Shown: positions 29,732 to 42,140, counted from the first letter of the stretch. The stretch is 64,000 nt of DNA from an uncultured cyanobacterium (GCA_963740315.1 CAVUDP010000002.1:1280001-1344000), one strand, 5' to 3'. The notes: generated from the sequence alone by a model not told the origin. Made by a program: numbers and translations.

Positions 29732-30382
29732 TTACCCAAAACTAGGCTTATGTCGAATCAAATTCATAAATTCGTCGCGAGTTCTAGCATCTTCTGCAAA
29801 TACTCCTCGCATAGCGCTAGTAACAGTCCAAGAGCCAGGTTTTTGTACTCCACGCATTACCATACACATATGACTGGCTTCTAAAACCACACCCACCCCT
29901 TGTGGTTTGAGCAAACCTTGCAACGCATCAGCAATTTGTACGGTAAGACGTTCCTGTACCTGCAAACGTCGTGCATACATTTCGCAAATTCGAGCAATTT
30001 TAGATAATCCGATTACCTTTCCATTAGGAATATACGCTACATGAGCGCGACCAATAACTGGTAGAATATGATGCTCGCAAGAACTGAAAATATCGATATC
30101 CCGAACTAATACCATTTCGTTGGCATCTTCTGTAAATACCGCACCATTTAACAGTTCATCCAAGGATTCATGATATCCCTTGGTAAGAAATCGTAAAGCT
30201 TTGACAACTCTATGGGGCGTATCTTTTAGTCCTTCACGCTCTGGATCTTCTCCTAACCCAATCAGTAAAATACGTACAGCCTGCATCATTTCTGCATCCG
30301 TTACATTCTGCTGACTTTCTGTGGATAAAGACGATAACGTCCGCTTAGAAGAAGGCTGTTCGGGACGAATAGATAGAGTCAT
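29732..30382 (-). CDS. folE: GTP cyclohydrolase I
   Basis: [35 protein letters not shown]. Confidence 0.95.
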   Translation of the reverse strand: MTLSIRPEQPSSKRTLSSLSTESQQNVTDAEMMQAVRILLIGLGEDPEREGLKDTPHRVVKALRFLTKGYHESLDELLNGAVFTEDANEMVLVRDIDIFSSCEHHILPVIGRAHVAYIPNGKVIGLSKIARICEMYARRLQVQERLTVQIADALQGLLKPQGVGVVLEASHMCMVMRGVQKPGSWTVTSAMRGVFAEDARTRDEFMNLIRHKPSFG

Positions 30383-30689
30383 TACCTAAGTTCCATTACT
30401 TATCAATAATTAGTATTTAGTATTTAGTTGCTGGTAGTTAGTTTCTGCTAGCATCACCTTTATCCCAACCACTAATTACTAACTTTTTCTTAATACTTCT
30501 CAAGCATAACAAATTCTATTTAATTTTAAAAAATTAATTTCTCTTGTATGGAAGTTCGTTATAATATCGATAAAAATGTTTTTTTCAACTGTATAATTTA
30601 GGATTTATTTAACATTATAACGTGTCAGTTTTAACTCTATTCAACGCCTCATTAACTTGTACGGAAGAAACATCATTTTAAATAGATAT

Positions 30690-30947
30690 TTAAGTATTTT
30701 CTACAAGAAGATAAATATCAGCGTATTCGATATCCGCAATCTTTTTATGAATCTTATACTGCTGTACGGGATTTTTCATCACCAAAATTACTGTTTCAAT
30801 TGGCGGACATTCAGGTTCGCTACACTGTAACTGACTTAGAGAAATAGAAATTTCTTCATCTATTTCCAAACATTGGTAAATCCATTCCTTAACTTGCTTA
30901 ATTTGTTGAGAAGATACTTCAGTTGCAATACCTTTAGAAAACTTCAT
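30690..30947 (-). CDS. hypothetical protein with CxEPxCPP motif
   Basis: 85 aa, CSEPECPPIETVI. Confidence 0.65.
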   Translation of the reverse strand: MKFSKGIATEVSSQQIKQVKEWIYQCLEIDEEISISLSQLQCSEPECPPIETVILVMKNPVQQYKIHKKIADIEYADIYLLVENT

Positions 30948-31177
30948 ATTTATGATTAATTATAGGATTTACTTTTTCTTGCGATCGCCACGCGATATTA
31001 GAACCATTAATTATTGACTAAGTTCCATTGCTTGCCCTTAACTCGTAAATTATTTTGTGCAACAATCAAAAAAAATTCATATTTAAAACTACCCTTTCGG
31101 GTACCATACAGTTTCCGGAATTATAAAAATATACACTGTTGATTTTTTCTATAGATTAATAATTATCAGAAAAAATC

Positions 31178-32752
31178 ATGCCTCAAACATACAGAACTCG
31201 TACTTATGACATCATCGCTTTTGGAGATGAACTTCCCGGTATACTAAGCTTAATCTGTGCCGCACGAGAATATTACCGTCGTACTAATAAATACCCGCGC
31301 AGCTTGCTAATGTTCAAAGGTGATTCGCGACAAGGAGTAGGCGGACACTTAGTACGCGGTGGTTTAAGCTACTTGGATAGGTCATCAATTCCCCTAGAAA
31401 TTCGGCGATCGTACAATTTATCATCTTTCGGAGACGCACCTGCTATCTACGAAGAATTTTTGCAAAGAGTTGGAGTAGTGCAAGTTGCGTTAGATCCACG
31501 GCTAGCAGATCGAGTTTTACGGGAGATGTTGCGAGAAGTTCGCGCCGATGTATTAAGCAATATTGAAATTGAGTCAGTTATCAAGCAGAGTAACAAAATT
31601 GTTGGAATTAATTTAACTAAAAAAGAAACTTACTTAGCCAAGCAGTTTATCGACTCCACCGTAAATGCAGAATTAGCGCAAGCTGCTGGAGTTAAAAAAC
31701 TCAAAGGATTTGAAACCTTCGGCTTACCAGATTCAGAACTTTCAGTTACCTTAGTATTTCAAACTCAAGGCTTGAGCGTACAAAGACTCCAACATATAGA
31801 AAAACTTTACCTCGAACGTTTTACCAATCTTAACGATACACACGCTCAACAGTGGTTAAATCAAGCCGCAGGTAATAACCCCGAAATAGCCAATTTTCTT
31901 AGAGAAGATTTAGTCGATCGCAATGGCAACTTCAAAACCATGTACGTCGGTAAAGACTACATCGATATTCGCTGCAAAGCTCTTTCCATCGCCTATCATT
32001 CCTTCCGAGGAACTCCTTTAATTTTAGAAAAAAGCGGCGCAATTCTTGATAACGGTAACGTCGCCATTCTTTCAGATGGAAGATTATCTTGGAACGCATT
32101 TTTATATGATGTAAATGCGGATACGGCAGAAGCATTAGCACGGGGTAAAGCCAAACCCACATCACAAATGGTTGCGGAAATGAATTATGTAATTAAATGG
32201 TTTAAAGCGATTGGTGCAGATACAGTCACTCCAGCTACAGAATTATACATTCGTCACGCAGGCAACGTTACGGGAGTAATCGATCCTTTAACCGGAGCAG
32301 AAATGCTTGCAGGTGGAGTCAGAAAAGATGAAGCTTTGGGAACCTTTGGTTATCATTTCGATATTCGCGGCGGTATCAAAGGTTTAGGTATAAGAGCAGA
32401 ACAAAAACGTATAGAGAACCTTTTACACGTACAAAAACCTTTATTTAATATCGGCATTCAACACGCCATAATCAAGGACATACCTAATTTAGCAGTTATC
32501 AGTCCAGCTTCTGGATTCGAGGGTTATGCTTGTTCTGCTGGTAGAATTGTAGAATTCAATTGCGGCGTTGGACAAGGAATTGGGATTGCCGCAGGAATGG
32601 CGCTTCAAAGTAATATTAACCTCGGTGACTTTTCCAATAAACAAGTGCGAAATATATTAGCGCAAACCGGAAAAATAGCGAAAATTTACGGTCAAAATTA
32701 CATCGCCCAAGCAGAAGAATTAGGTGAATTTGAGCATGGGGTTGCAGCTTAA
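31178..32752 (+). CDS. FAD-dependent oxidoreductase family protein
   Basis: N-terminal Rossmann-like YDIIAFGDELPG, FIDSTVNAELA, GQGIGIAA. Confidence 0.75.
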   Translation: MPQTYRTRTYDIIAFGDELPGILSLICAAREYYRRTNKYPRSLLMFKGDSRQGVGGHLVRGGLSYLDRSSIPLEIRRSYNLSSFGDAPAIYEEFLQRVGVVQVALDPRLADRVLREMLREVRADVLSNIEIESVIKQSNKIVGINLTKKETYLAKQFIDSTVNAELAQAAGVKKLKGFETFGLPDSELSVTLVFQTQGLSVQRLQHIEKLYLERFTNLNDTHAQQWLNQAAGNNPEIANFLREDLVDRNGNFKTMYVGKDYIDIRCKALSIAYHSFRGTPLILEKSGAILDNGNVAILSDGRLSWNAFLYDVNADTAEALARGKAKPTSQMVAEMNYVIKWFKAIGADTVTPATELYIRHAGNVTGVIDPLTGAEMLAGGVRKDEALGTFGYHFDIRGGIKGLGIRAEQKRIENLLHVQKPLFNIGIQHAIIKDIPNLAVISPASGFEGYACSAGRIVEFNCGVGQGIGIAAGMALQSNINLGDFSNKQVRNILAQTGKIAKIYGQNYIAQAEELGEFEHGVAA

Positions 32753-32857
32753 TTACTTTCAAGGAAGAAAGGAAGTAGGCAATATAAATCGTAACTTATA
32801 ACTCCTAATTCCGGTGGTCCTAACTACTCCCTACTCCCTACTCCCTACTCCCTTTAA

Positions 32858-33364
32858 TTAAAACCTCAAACCGACACCACCCTGTACTGAAACAGCAGTA
32901 CCACCCTTATCGCGATAAGCATCAAAAGCAATAATCGCGTTACCAAAAATCACAGTATTGCTATTGGGTACCATGTAATCAACACCCGGTTGTAAAGCGA
33001 AACTAACTTTATTACCAACGGGGGAAGGTGTATCGCCACCAGCCAAAACTAATCCAGCCCCTAGATAAGCATCAGTTTGCCAATTAAGGGGAACATCATA
33101 AGAAACCGTAGGTACAACAGCCGTGCTTTCACCAACTAAAGCCTGGGTACGGAAAGAAACGGGTGTTTCTAAAAGCTTATAGCGAACTGCGAGAACTCCC
33201 CCAATTTGCGCTCCATCAGATATACCAAGTGTTGGACCAACACCAACATAACTGCCGTATGCAACTTGAGCTTGTGCGGGTTTTGCCAATACCAAACTCA
33301 AACTAGAGCTAACTAAAAGTACGGACGCTAAACATTTATGACAATTCATTTTCCCACTCCCCAA
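32858..33364 (-). CDS. putative outer-membrane beta-barrel protein
   Basis: Signal peptide ending AQA, alternating beta strands, C-terminal Phe. Confidence 0.7.
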   Translation of the reverse strand: MGSGKMNCHKCLASVLLVSSSLSLVLAKPAQAQVAYGSYVGVGPTLGISDGAQIGGVLAVRYKLLETPVSFRTQALVGESTAVVPTVSYDVPLNWQTDAYLGAGLVLAGGDTPSPVGNKVSFALQPGVDYMVPNSNTVIFGNAIIAFDAYRDKGGTAVSVQGGVGLRF

Positions 33365-33591
33365 GCAATTTTGGATTTTAAACTTTAGATTTTAACAACA
33401 GATGGATTTTAGAGTTAGGAGTGAGGAGTGAAGAAAGCCGAGGGAGCGGAGGAAGAAAATAAATAATTAGTTAGCTTGCAAAAAAATTAATTGCTTCCCC
33501 TGCCTCCTCCGCCTCCTCCGCCTCCTCCGCCTCCTCTGCCTCCCTATCTCCCCATCCCCCCCATCACCCCCTCTCCCTCTCCCATTCTCCC

Positions 33592-35742
33592 TTACGGACA
33601 AATGGTATGAAGACCTCCCTGAGTACAAATGTAAGCTTTCTGCTTATCATCTAAGTTTTTCACTTCACTAAAATCAACTCCTTTAATCACAGCAGACTGA
33701 CTCCCGGTTGTTGTCGTTTTTTCTACAAATTGGTCTGCTGGATTTTGCTGTGTTGGAGAGAGTATTGTTCCTTGAAAATCTGCTCCTGCTAAATTTGCAC
33801 CCCGTAAATCTGCAAGACTAAGGTCAGCATTTCGTAGATTGGCATTTTGCAAGTTACTAGAGCGTAAAATAGCACCAGTAAGTCTTGTAGCACTTAGATT
33901 AGCATTACTCAAATTGGCACGGTCAAGATAAGCTGATGACAAATCAGCTCCTTGCCATTCGGTTTTGATTAAGTTGGTATTAGATAATTGCGTGCCTATG
34001 GCAATAACGCGACCTAAACGAGCGCCGTATAAATCGGCATCTTTCAAGTTTGCTTCACCTAAATCTGCTCCTGTGAGACTGGCATTTTCTAAAACAGCAC
34101 CGCGCAAATCGGCTTTTGCTAGCCTAGCGCTACTAAGATTAGCGCCAACCAAACGCGCAGCTGATAAGTTAGCTTTATTTAGATTTGCACGGCTTAAATC
34201 GGTACGAACCATTAAGACGCGGCTGAGATTAGCACCACTTAAATCGGCTTGTTTTAGCTTGGCTTGACTAAAATCGGTAATCCAATCATCATAAGTGTCC
34301 CAACGACCATCTTCGCCAGGTCCCCGGAAACGACTGCCGCTAAAACTAGCTCGGTCAAGATTTGCGTATTTGAAATCAATTCCCCATAAATCAACTTTGT
34401 CTAATGCCAAGTTGAAGATAGAATTTGTACCAGAATCGTTTTGAGATAATTGGACGCGACTTAAATCAATACCGTTTGTTTTTCCGTTGTAAACAAATAG
34501 AATCTTGTTAATTGCCTGCTGGTTTGCATACAAACTTTTTGATCGCAACTGCCGTCCTTGAACCGCGTTGCTAGATGTATCCAACTCGCCTTCCAATAAA
34601 AGATTCATCCGCTTGAGTTCGGGAATCGTTTGCGGACCAATACTTACCAAAGCTTGCTGAATAGTTTCTAATAAAACTGGGTCGTTTTCTTTAACTAATA
34701 AACCAACAAGAAATTTAGTAGCTTGAGAATCTTTAAGGGTTCCTAATGCTAAAATTGTCCGCTGACGTTCTTGTTTACTAATTCCAGAATCAGCATTCAA
34801 CTGTTGTTTGAGCGCTAAAAACTGCTTGCTGTTATTTTGCTGGGCTGCTTTTAGATTTTCCTGAGTTTGAATATAAATTTGAGTTCCGACTAAAGTTATC
34901 AATACACCAGCCATACTCAACAGCGCGACTCCTAGCAAAGTCAGGCTGGGGTTTTGCCGCATCCAATCCCATAGATTACGCTTTTGTTGTTGTTGGGGCG
35001 TAACTACAATTGATTCGATCGCTGCTTCTTCGTCTGCTTGCCCCCATCGGGACATATGGCTGTTGCGGCGTAAAACTGAGGGGTCAAAAGGAACGGTGGC
35101 ATCTATTGTATAAGTATCTGCAATAGAGTCGTGGATTGAGCGTCCTTGCTTTCTCATCGGAAAACCCATTCCTTCAGCAAGTAACATCAATAATGCCAAT
35201 ATCGCAAAAATACTGAGATGGGGAAACAAAAAAGTGTAGCGCCACAGCATATAAGCGAAGGACACTGGCACAGCCCAACGACTTCCTTCTCGCAGCAAAA
35301 CTGCTCTGAAACCGGGTGGTTCATTTTTTTGAGTAACCACTTTAACGCCAAACCATCGCTTGGGAATAGTACTGCCAGTTTTAGCTAACAAATACCATTG
35401 CCAACAAGTAAGTGACAGGGGCGCTAAAATTGCTACCGTCCATAAGAAATTAGTAGACCATGCGACATTACGAGTACCGTAACTTATGGGTAAAGCCAAA
35501 GGATAGGCGATCGCTCTTTCTGCTGCTACCAATACAGGATTGAGCGGTACGCGCTCCATATTGGTTTTTGTATTGATATACGCGCCAATTCCGAAAGGTA
35601 CTAAACCACTTACAACACAAAGCGTGATTTCCGCCACCCAAGCCGCAACGCGCCGCGAGGAAAGTGAAAGCGGATTGGTTTTTCGGGGTTGTTTTGGGTG
35701 TCCCAATTGATTATTACTTCTCCTTACCATTGGAGTTGCCAT
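33592..35742 (-). CDS. hglK: RDD + TM + pentapeptide repeat protein, HglK-like
   Basis: 716 aa; RDD motifs (RRVAAW, GSTIPKRWFG, HDSIADT), TM helices, long pentapeptide array. Confidence 0.7.
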   Translation of the reverse strand: MATPMVRRSNNQLGHPKQPRKTNPLSLSSRRVAAWVAEITLCVVSGLVPFGIGAYINTKTNMERVPLNPVLVAAERAIAYPLALPISYGTRNVAWSTNFLWTVAILAPLSLTCWQWYLLAKTGSTIPKRWFGVKVVTQKNEPPGFRAVLLREGSRWAVPVSFAYMLWRYTFLFPHLSIFAILALLMLLAEGMGFPMRKQGRSIHDSIADTYTIDATVPFDPSVLRRNSHMSRWGQADEEAAIESIVVTPQQQQKRNLWDWMRQNPSLTLLGVALLSMAGVLITLVGTQIYIQTQENLKAAQQNNSKQFLALKQQLNADSGISKQERQRTILALGTLKDSQATKFLVGLLVKENDPVLLETIQQALVSIGPQTIPELKRMNLLLEGELDTSSNAVQGRQLRSKSLYANQQAINKILFVYNGKTNGIDLSRVQLSQNDSGTNSIFNLALDKVDLWGIDFKYANLDRASFSGSRFRGPGEDGRWDTYDDWITDFSQAKLKQADLSGANLSRVLMVRTDLSRANLNKANLSAARLVGANLSSARLAKADLRGAVLENASLTGADLGEANLKDADLYGARLGRVIAIGTQLSNTNLIKTEWQGADLSSAYLDRANLSNANLSATRLTGAILRSSNLQNANLRNADLSLADLRGANLAGADFQGTILSPTQQNPADQFVEKTTTTGSQSAVIKGVDFSEVKNLDDKQKAYICTQGGLHTICP

Positions 35743-35799
35743 TTACCATATTCCTATAAATTGATTTGTCTGTAAAAAATAGCGCTACTTTATTAGGAG

Positions 35800-36159
35800 T
35801 TATTCTTTTATTTGAGAACTATTACCAGCTACGAAAAAATTGTATCCAAGGTAAACCAATCCAAATAGCAATGCCATACTTATAACAGAAGCAATTAGTT
35901 TAAGTGCTGCCTGTAAGATAGCAAAACCAAGTACAAATACCACACCCGCAACAAGAAGCTTTGCTAAACCGGGCAAATACCAAAACCAATTAATAGTTTT
36001 AACTATAGTTTTAGCTATGTAGTCAAAAATACCCGCGCCACTTAAATTAGTGGTTGGTAAAATTGGTAAAGGGGTAATTTCCAAGTCGTCCGAATCAATT
36101 TCGGTAAATAGCTTCTGGAGGCGATACTCGTCTAGATTTTCTTCAGTTTGAGGATTCAT
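35800..36159 (-). CDS. hypothetical membrane protein
   Basis: 119 aa, two C-terminal TM segments. Confidence 0.7.
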   Translation of the reverse strand: MNPQTEENLDEYRLQKLFTEIDSDDLEITPLPILPTTNLSGAGIFDYIAKTIVKTINWFWYLPGLAKLLVAGVVFVLGFAILQAALKLIASVISMALLFGLVYLGYNFFVAGNSSQIKE

Positions 36160-36435
36160 AAATATTTTCTACCTCAGTGGCGGAAATTTATATAACAACA
36201 AATAAACTTATATGTCATTTGTGACGGATATGTATGTGATTTTATCCAATACAAATGTGTTTAAGACAACTATAAGTTGCACGATCTAATTATTTTATAC
36301 ACCTTTGGGTTTACAAAATAATTATTGCTTTAAATATACCGATTAATAAGATTAAACTGGGGAACAGATAATATCGATCTTTGTCTATCTTTCTAAATAA
36401 TTAAATCTACCGATTTATTAATACGGTTTGTAAAA

Positions 36436-36876
36436 ATGAAAACGCCCTGGTTCATTAAATTTTTTCCCATCGTTTTGACAATAAGCTTGATTTTGATTAG
36501 CGTTCAATTAGTGAGCGCCGAAGTTGTAAAAATTGAACGCGATTCTCAACCAGATCCGTTAATTCTTAGCGGTAAATCTGGAGGATCGCAAAAAAGTAAT
36601 TGTGGCAACATTGCTGCTCAACCCTCGCGCATTCTTGAAGTTACAGATTCACTGCCTTATTTACGGTTAACAGTAGAAAGCAATGGAAAACCAACCCTGT
36701 TAATTGATGGTCCGGAAGGTCGCTTTTGCGTATTGGAGGATAATTATTCCCAAGATAAACCAGAAATTTCTGGATATTGGCAAGCAGGAAAATACTCGCT
36801 ATATATAGGCGACTTGTCTAAAGAGCAACATACATACACCCTCTCAATATCCCAACAGAAGATGCCACAAAAATAG
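36436..36876 (+). CDS. hypothetical secreted protein
   Basis: 146 aa, signal peptide, PTLLIDGP..RFC, GYWQAGKYSLYIG. Confidence 0.7.
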   Translation: MKTPWFIKFFPIVLTISLILISVQLVSAEVVKIERDSQPDPLILSGKSGGSQKSNCGNIAAQPSRILEVTDSLPYLRLTVESNGKPTLLIDGPEGRFCVLEDNYSQDKPEISGYWQAGKYSLYIGDLSKEQHTYTLSISQQKMPQK

Positions 36877-37218
36877 TTAAAAGTCAAGGTTCACCCGTCA
36901 AAATACCAATCTGCCGTCAGGCGCGGCACAAAGTAATGTTTTGTAACCGAATTTATTTTAAATATTAGTTAATGTCCTCCGAACACGCGCAAGCCGCACC
37001 AATCGGTGAACGCGAACGGATTTTAAATTAAAAAATAGTTTAAGGCTTTGAGCATTTTCGACTATCAAATACGGTATGCCCTAGAGTAAGTACCTATGCC
37101 AACATTCAATTCAACATTTCGTTTAAGCAGGAAGTAGGGAGTAGGGAGTAGGGAACAGCTATATAACTGATTAGTAATTATATAAATATTTTTGCTTGAC
37201 TACTCAATAACCTTCTGA

Positions 37219-37590
37219 TTAATCTTCAATTGATTGTGCTGGAACTTCTACTGCTGTCACGTCTATAGTTCCTTCTGGGGTGAAGCGTTTGAGAGTCCGA
37301 TTTTGCACCAGCAAATTTTCGCCACAGCTAGGACATTCTAACTGAGTATTATTTAAACCCGTAATTTCAGTTCCGCAAACCGGACAACTATCAGCAATCA
37401 AATTACGTTGCAACCACCAGCGAAACCCGAAAAAAGCCAAAATAGGTGCTACAAATAGCAACCCCAGAATAATTAATAACGAATTGACCAACCAACCTAA
37501 GCCGAATGTACCTAGCAACCAAACAACTGCGAATAAGGTAAGCCAAGGACGTAGATGAGACATATTCGATTGAAAGGTTTTAAAGCTCAT
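37219..37590 (-). CDS. hypothetical membrane protein with zinc ribbon
   Basis: TM hairpin followed by CPVC...CPSC. Confidence 0.75.
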   Translation of the reverse strand: MSFKTFQSNMSHLRPWLTLFAVVWLLGTFGLGWLVNSLLIILGLLFVAPILAFFGFRWWLQRNLIADSCPVCGTEITGLNNTQLECPSCGENLLVQNRTLKRFTPEGTIDVTAVEVPAQSIED

Positions 37591-37893
37591 TTTTAAATTT
37601 ATCCAAGTCTCCTTCTAGGATAACGAGTTTATTTGAAAGTTAAGAATAAAGAATTAAAAATTAAACGTTACAGGTATAGGGATGGGGGAGTGTGGGGAGA
37701 TGGGGAGATGGGGGGATAGGGAGATGGGGAGACAAGGAGGCGGAGGAGGCAGGGGAAGCAATTAATTTTTTTTGCAAGCAAACTAATTTTTTTTTTCTTC
37801 CTCCGCTCCCTCGGCTTCCTCCGCTCCCGGAGCAATATCACTCCAGTAATCCTAATTCCTAACTCCTAACTCTTAACTCCTGACTCCTAATTC

Positions 37894-39075
37894 CTAACTA
37901 TTTTTTATTGACGATAAAAACTGCTGTTGCAGGCGTTTTTGAAAGGCTTCTATACCGAATACTGAAAGAACCTCTTTCCTTAACCAATCTCCATCACAAC
38001 GTCGGTCATCTCCTTGGAGAATCTCGATACAAGCATCAGCTACAGCATGGCGATCGCGATGGGGTACTCGCCATCCCAATTTACCATCTTGTAATGGGTC
38101 TGCCGAACCATCAGCATCACCAGATAGTACGGGTACGCCACAAGCCATTGCTTCTAAATAAACAATGCCAAAGCCTTCTTGAGAAGGCATAATATAAGCA
38201 TCGGCAAGGCGGTAATGTTCGACTAATTCGGATGTCGGCACGAATCCAGCAAAAACAACTCGGTCTTCCACTCCCAAATCTTTTGCCAACTGTGCCAAAC
38301 GAGGGCGATCGTCACCACGCCCAATTACCAAATACTTGACTTCGGGGAAAACTTCAGCTATTTGCGATAACGCTCGAATTGTGACATCTACTCCTTTATA
38401 AATATCACCAGACCATAATCGCGTCACGCTCATCAGTACTTTCGCTCCGTGTAAACCATAACGTTCTAATAAATCTGCTGGTTTTGGTCCGGGAGTAAAG
38501 TAACTACCATTGACAGCGCAAGGTAAAATATCAATTTTATCAGTATTTAAATTATTTGCAGCACTAGCAATTTCACGAGTATAGCGACTTACCGTCCAGA
38601 TTTGTGAAGCTTTTTGTAAACTAACCTGCTTCCATTTCGGTAAAGGTTGCCAAACTTCTTTGCCATGAGTAATTACTGTATAAGGAATTCCCAACGGTTG
38701 ACATAACATACCAACTAAAGGGGCTAGGTAAGCATGACCGCAAAATACACGATCGGGACGTTCTTTAATCAAACGGTTTAGTAACGCCCAAGTCATCCTC
38801 GCTCGTCCTAATTGAGAAAACTTAGTTTTAAAATAATGAAATTTTAAGCGTTCCGATTCAAAAGGATTTATACAGCCTTTCTCATCTCTGAGTAAAAATA
38901 CTTCTGCTGTTGTCGGTTCTTCTAATGTCTCATAAGCTCTAAACACATCTTTTACATAAGATTGAATTCCACCTTCGCGGGAAAATACTTCTAAAAAAAC
39001 GAAGATATGGTTAAGTTTAGTCTGTTTATTTTTAATCAATTTTAATTCGGTCTTTTGCTCGGTACTAACTAACAT
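37894..39075 (-). CDS. glycosyltransferase family 4
   Basis: YKGVD, EGFGIVYLEAMACGVPV. Confidence 0.9.
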   Translation of the reverse strand: MLVSTEQKTELKLIKNKQTKLNHIFVFLEVFSREGGIQSYVKDVFRAYETLEEPTTAEVFLLRDEKGCINPFESERLKFHYFKTKFSQLGRARMTWALLNRLIKERPDRVFCGHAYLAPLVGMLCQPLGIPYTVITHGKEVWQPLPKWKQVSLQKASQIWTVSRYTREIASAANNLNTDKIDILPCAVNGSYFTPGPKPADLLERYGLHGAKVLMSVTRLWSGDIYKGVDVTIRALSQIAEVFPEVKYLVIGRGDDRPRLAQLAKDLGVEDRVVFAGFVPTSELVEHYRLADAYIMPSQEGFGIVYLEAMACGVPVLSGDADGSADPLQDGKLGWRVPHRDRHAVADACIEILQGDDRRCDGDWLRKEVLSVFGIEAFQKRLQQQFLSSIKNS

Positions 39076-39944
39076 TTTTTATATTCTCCTTTCAAGTACT
39101 GCGGATGATGAATACAGCACCATTTAATCGCGATCGCACTCTTCTTGGTTTATAACTTTGTTTTAGTAATAATTCTTGAAAATAATAGATACGGGGGGGG
39201 ACAGCATATTTTTTTTAAGACGGCGTAGTGCGCGAACATTATGTGTGCTTTTACCCGTTTAAACCCATTTTATTAATTGTATATTTTTGCATAAAAAACT
39301 TGCTTTTAGATAATTGCTTAAGTTGATAATAAGCTATTTGCTACTGTTTGACTCTTGCTGTCAAATCTTAACAAAAAATAACCGCAACTCTAATGCTGTG
39401 TATACGGTATTGAAGAGTTTATTTTATACACATATTAGATTTTCCCTTATTGTATTTACTTTAATTTCAAGTCTAATTTGCATGAAAAATTCATTCAAAA
39501 TTTTACATAAACTTTTCTTCGTGTCTGAATAATTAAAGTAAATTACCAATCTTTCTTTGTTTAATATCTCAATATTAAACGATGAGTTGATTTTCAGCAT
39601 TCCTTATTTTTTACTTTCTGCTTTCTACTCTCTACTTTCTATTCCCCACAACCCTACCTAGACAAAATGTTTAATTTATTTTGCACGAGTACTCATCTAG
39701 ATTCAAATTTAGATTTTTAATATTATTAATATTTTTATATGGATATATTTCCTTTAATTTAAGTGCAGCAAAAACTAAGTTAGAATTGATACCGCTTAAT
39801 ATTCTGACATTCCGAAGCCGAATAGGCATTTTATATCAATATATATCCGATAGTTTCTCTAAGAATATAGAAAAAACTTAAATAGCTACATCGATTATTA
39901 CATTCTGGTAATTAACAATAATTAACAATTTATACCAGTCCTAA

Positions 39945-40385
39945 TTATTTTTCCTGCGTACCATACTTGACGATGAGCAAACAATTTCTGCCATCCGTAT
40001 CGCGTTCGTAAACAACTTTATCAGCTAATCGCCGTAGTAGAAACCATCCATACCCGCCTACTTGCAGAGTACCAGGTTCCGGTTCGTCTATTGCATCTGG
40101 ATTAAAGGGTTTACCGTAATCCCAGATTCTAATTTCAAGTCTGTCATTCCATAACAAAACATCAATATCAATGTTTGTTTCTGGCGGTAAAGCTTGATGT
40201 GCATGACGAACGGCATTAGTAAAGCCTTCGGCTAATGCTAAATTAAGTCGATACTGTTGACTTTCTAGCCAATTAAGCCCAGACAAATTACGCAGACAGA
40301 ATTGTTCAAACCATTGTTGCACCTGGTTTAGAAGCTTAAGTTCGCTCTTAACCGTCAGATGGTCTTGCTCCAAAATTGCTAGCAT
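39945..40385 (-). CDS. RsbW-like anti-sigma factor / Ser kinase (HATPase_c_2)
   Basis: LAEGFTNAVRHA, WDYGKPF, GGYGWFLL. Confidence 0.85.
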   Translation of the reverse strand: MLAILEQDHLTVKSELKLLNQVQQWFEQFCLRNLSGLNWLESQQYRLNLALAEGFTNAVRHAHQALPPETNIDIDVLLWNDRLEIRIWDYGKPFNPDAIDEPEPGTLQVGGYGWFLLRRLADKVVYERDTDGRNCLLIVKYGTQEK

Positions 40386-40818
40386 TGACCTTGACTTAAA
40401 TATAAGTGAATGAATTTTACTTACATCTTTTATAGTTTATAAAGTTTAGATTTTGAAATCTGTTTTGCTCTTCTTAATTTACAAAAATCTTCGATATCAT
40501 CTAAATTTAGATCGGAATTCACGGGCTTAACTAACGTCTCAAGTCCATAAGGACTGTGTGTGTTAATTATTTTACCACCTTATGACGAAAAGCACCGTTC
40601 TTTAAAGGAGCTTTAGCACGTATTTGTCAATATATATCCTTATGAATGATAGTTAGACTTTGAAACAATGAAATAATATTTCTCGCATCAAAATCCCGGC
40701 ATCCTGTTAAAGTATAAGTTTTATTAAAATTAACGCCTGTTCGGGTTTCTCAAAAGTACCTATTTCTAAGCACTTCCTAAAGAAACCCACAGGCGTAAAA
40801 ACACGTTCTCAACGTGAT

Positions 40819-41301
40819 TTAGAACAGTCCTAAAGTCAAAGACTTATCTAAGGGGTAGGTAGCACCAATACCCAAATAGATTGTGACCAAGGTTCCAAAA
40901 AGGAACACGGCAGTCGCTACAGGACGACGGAAAGGGTTTTGGAACTTATTGACGTTCTCAATAAAGGGAACAAGAATTAGTCCTAAAGGCACGGAAGCCA
41001 TTCCCAACACTCCCAAAAGCTTGTTAGGAAGCGATCGCAAAATTTGGAAAACTGGGTACAAATACCACTCTGGTAAAATTTCCAAAGGTGTTGCAAAAGG
41101 ATTCGCTGGTTCTCCTGTCATGGCAGGATCTAGCACTGCTAAAGCCACTATACAGGCGAAAGAACCCATAATTACAATGGGGAAAACGTAAAGTAAGTCA
41201 TTGGGCCAAGCGGGTTCACCATAATAGTTGTGACCCATGCCTTTAGCCAATTTAGCTCTCAATTGTGGATCGCTTAGATCCGGTTTTTTTAATGTTGCCA
41301 T
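40819..41301 (-). CDS. petD: cytochrome b6f subunit IV
   Basis: [21 protein letters not shown] 41301 gives the usual 160 aa. Confidence 0.97.
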   Translation of the reverse strand: MATLKKPDLSDPQLRAKLAKGMGHNYYGEPAWPNDLLYVFPIVIMGSFACIVALAVLDPAMTGEPANPFATPLEILPEWYLYPVFQILRSLPNKLLGVLGMASVPLGLILVPFIENVNKFQNPFRRPVATAVFLFGTLVTIYLGIGATYPLDKSLTLGLF

Positions 41302-41492
41302 TTTTTGGTTACTCTGCTTTGGTTGAGTATTGTGAAAAGGTAAAACCGTCACGCGAGCAGGCAGTTCTAAAGGAAAATATACCCTTTAAAACTGAAGATA
41401 CAAGGTTTACTCAAAGTAAGTCTGTTAAACACAAGTTTAAAACAAACAACTCGAAGAATGCAGCTACGTATCTCTTGAAATTTCGCTCAAAA

Positions 41493-42140
41493 TTACAAGG
41501 GACCGCTTATACCTTGTTTGCGGATCATTAAGAAATGCGCCAGCATAAATACCGCAATTAACCAAGGCAGTACAAAAGTATGAGCGCTGTAGTAGCGAGT
41601 CAAAGTAGCTTGTCCTACACTAGAACCGCCACGCAACAGGTCAGAGATTAAAACTCCAACTACCGGGATTGCTTCTGGTACGCCGCTAACGATTTTCACA
41701 GCCCAGTAACCTACCTGATCCCAAGGCAATGAGTAGCCTGTTACACCGAAAGACACGGTAATTACAGCCAAGATTACACCAGTCACCCAAGTTAACTCGC
41801 GGGGCTTCTTGAAGCCACCAGTTAAATAAACTCGGAAAGTGTGCAAAATCATCATCAGCACCATCATGCTGGCTGACCAGCGGTGAACGGAGCGAATCAA
41901 CCAACCAAAGCTCACTTCGTTCATGATGAACTCTACTGAAGAATAAGCTTCAGCAACGGTTGGCTTGTAGTAAAAGGTCATTGCAAATCCAGTTGCGAAC
42001 TGGATTAAAAAGCAAGTAAGAGTAATTCCACCCAAACAGTAGAAAATATTAACGTGAGGGGGAACGTACTTGCTTGTAACGTCATCAGCAAGCGCTTGGA
42101 TTTCTAAGCGCTCTTCAAACCAGTCATAAACGTTGGTCAT
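41493..42140 (-). CDS. petB: cytochrome b6
   Basis: 215 aa, [26 protein letters not shown]. Confidence 0.98.
   Translation of the reverse strand: MTNVYDWFEERLEIQALADDVTSKYVPPHVNIFYCLGGITLTCFLIQFATGFAMTFYYKPTVAEAYSSVEFIMNEVSFGWLIRSVHRWSASMMVLMMILHTFRVYLTGGFKKPRELTWVTGVILAVITVSFGVTGYSLPWDQVGYWAVKIVSGVPEAIPVVGVLISDLLRGGSSVGQATLTRYYSAHTFVLPWLIAVFMLAHFLMIRKQGISGPL

Noticed and set aside
31153..31168. Zur/Fur-like box near the CxEPxCPP gene and folE
   Set aside because: Only a partial match to TGATAATNATTATCA in very AT-rich DNA
39076..39944. Short ORFs in the long AT-rich intergenic region
   Set aside because: TTG starts, low-complexity composition and no recognisable motifs
41302..41352. N-terminal extension of PetD in the ORF track
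   Set aside because: ATG 41301 gives the conserved 160-aa protein
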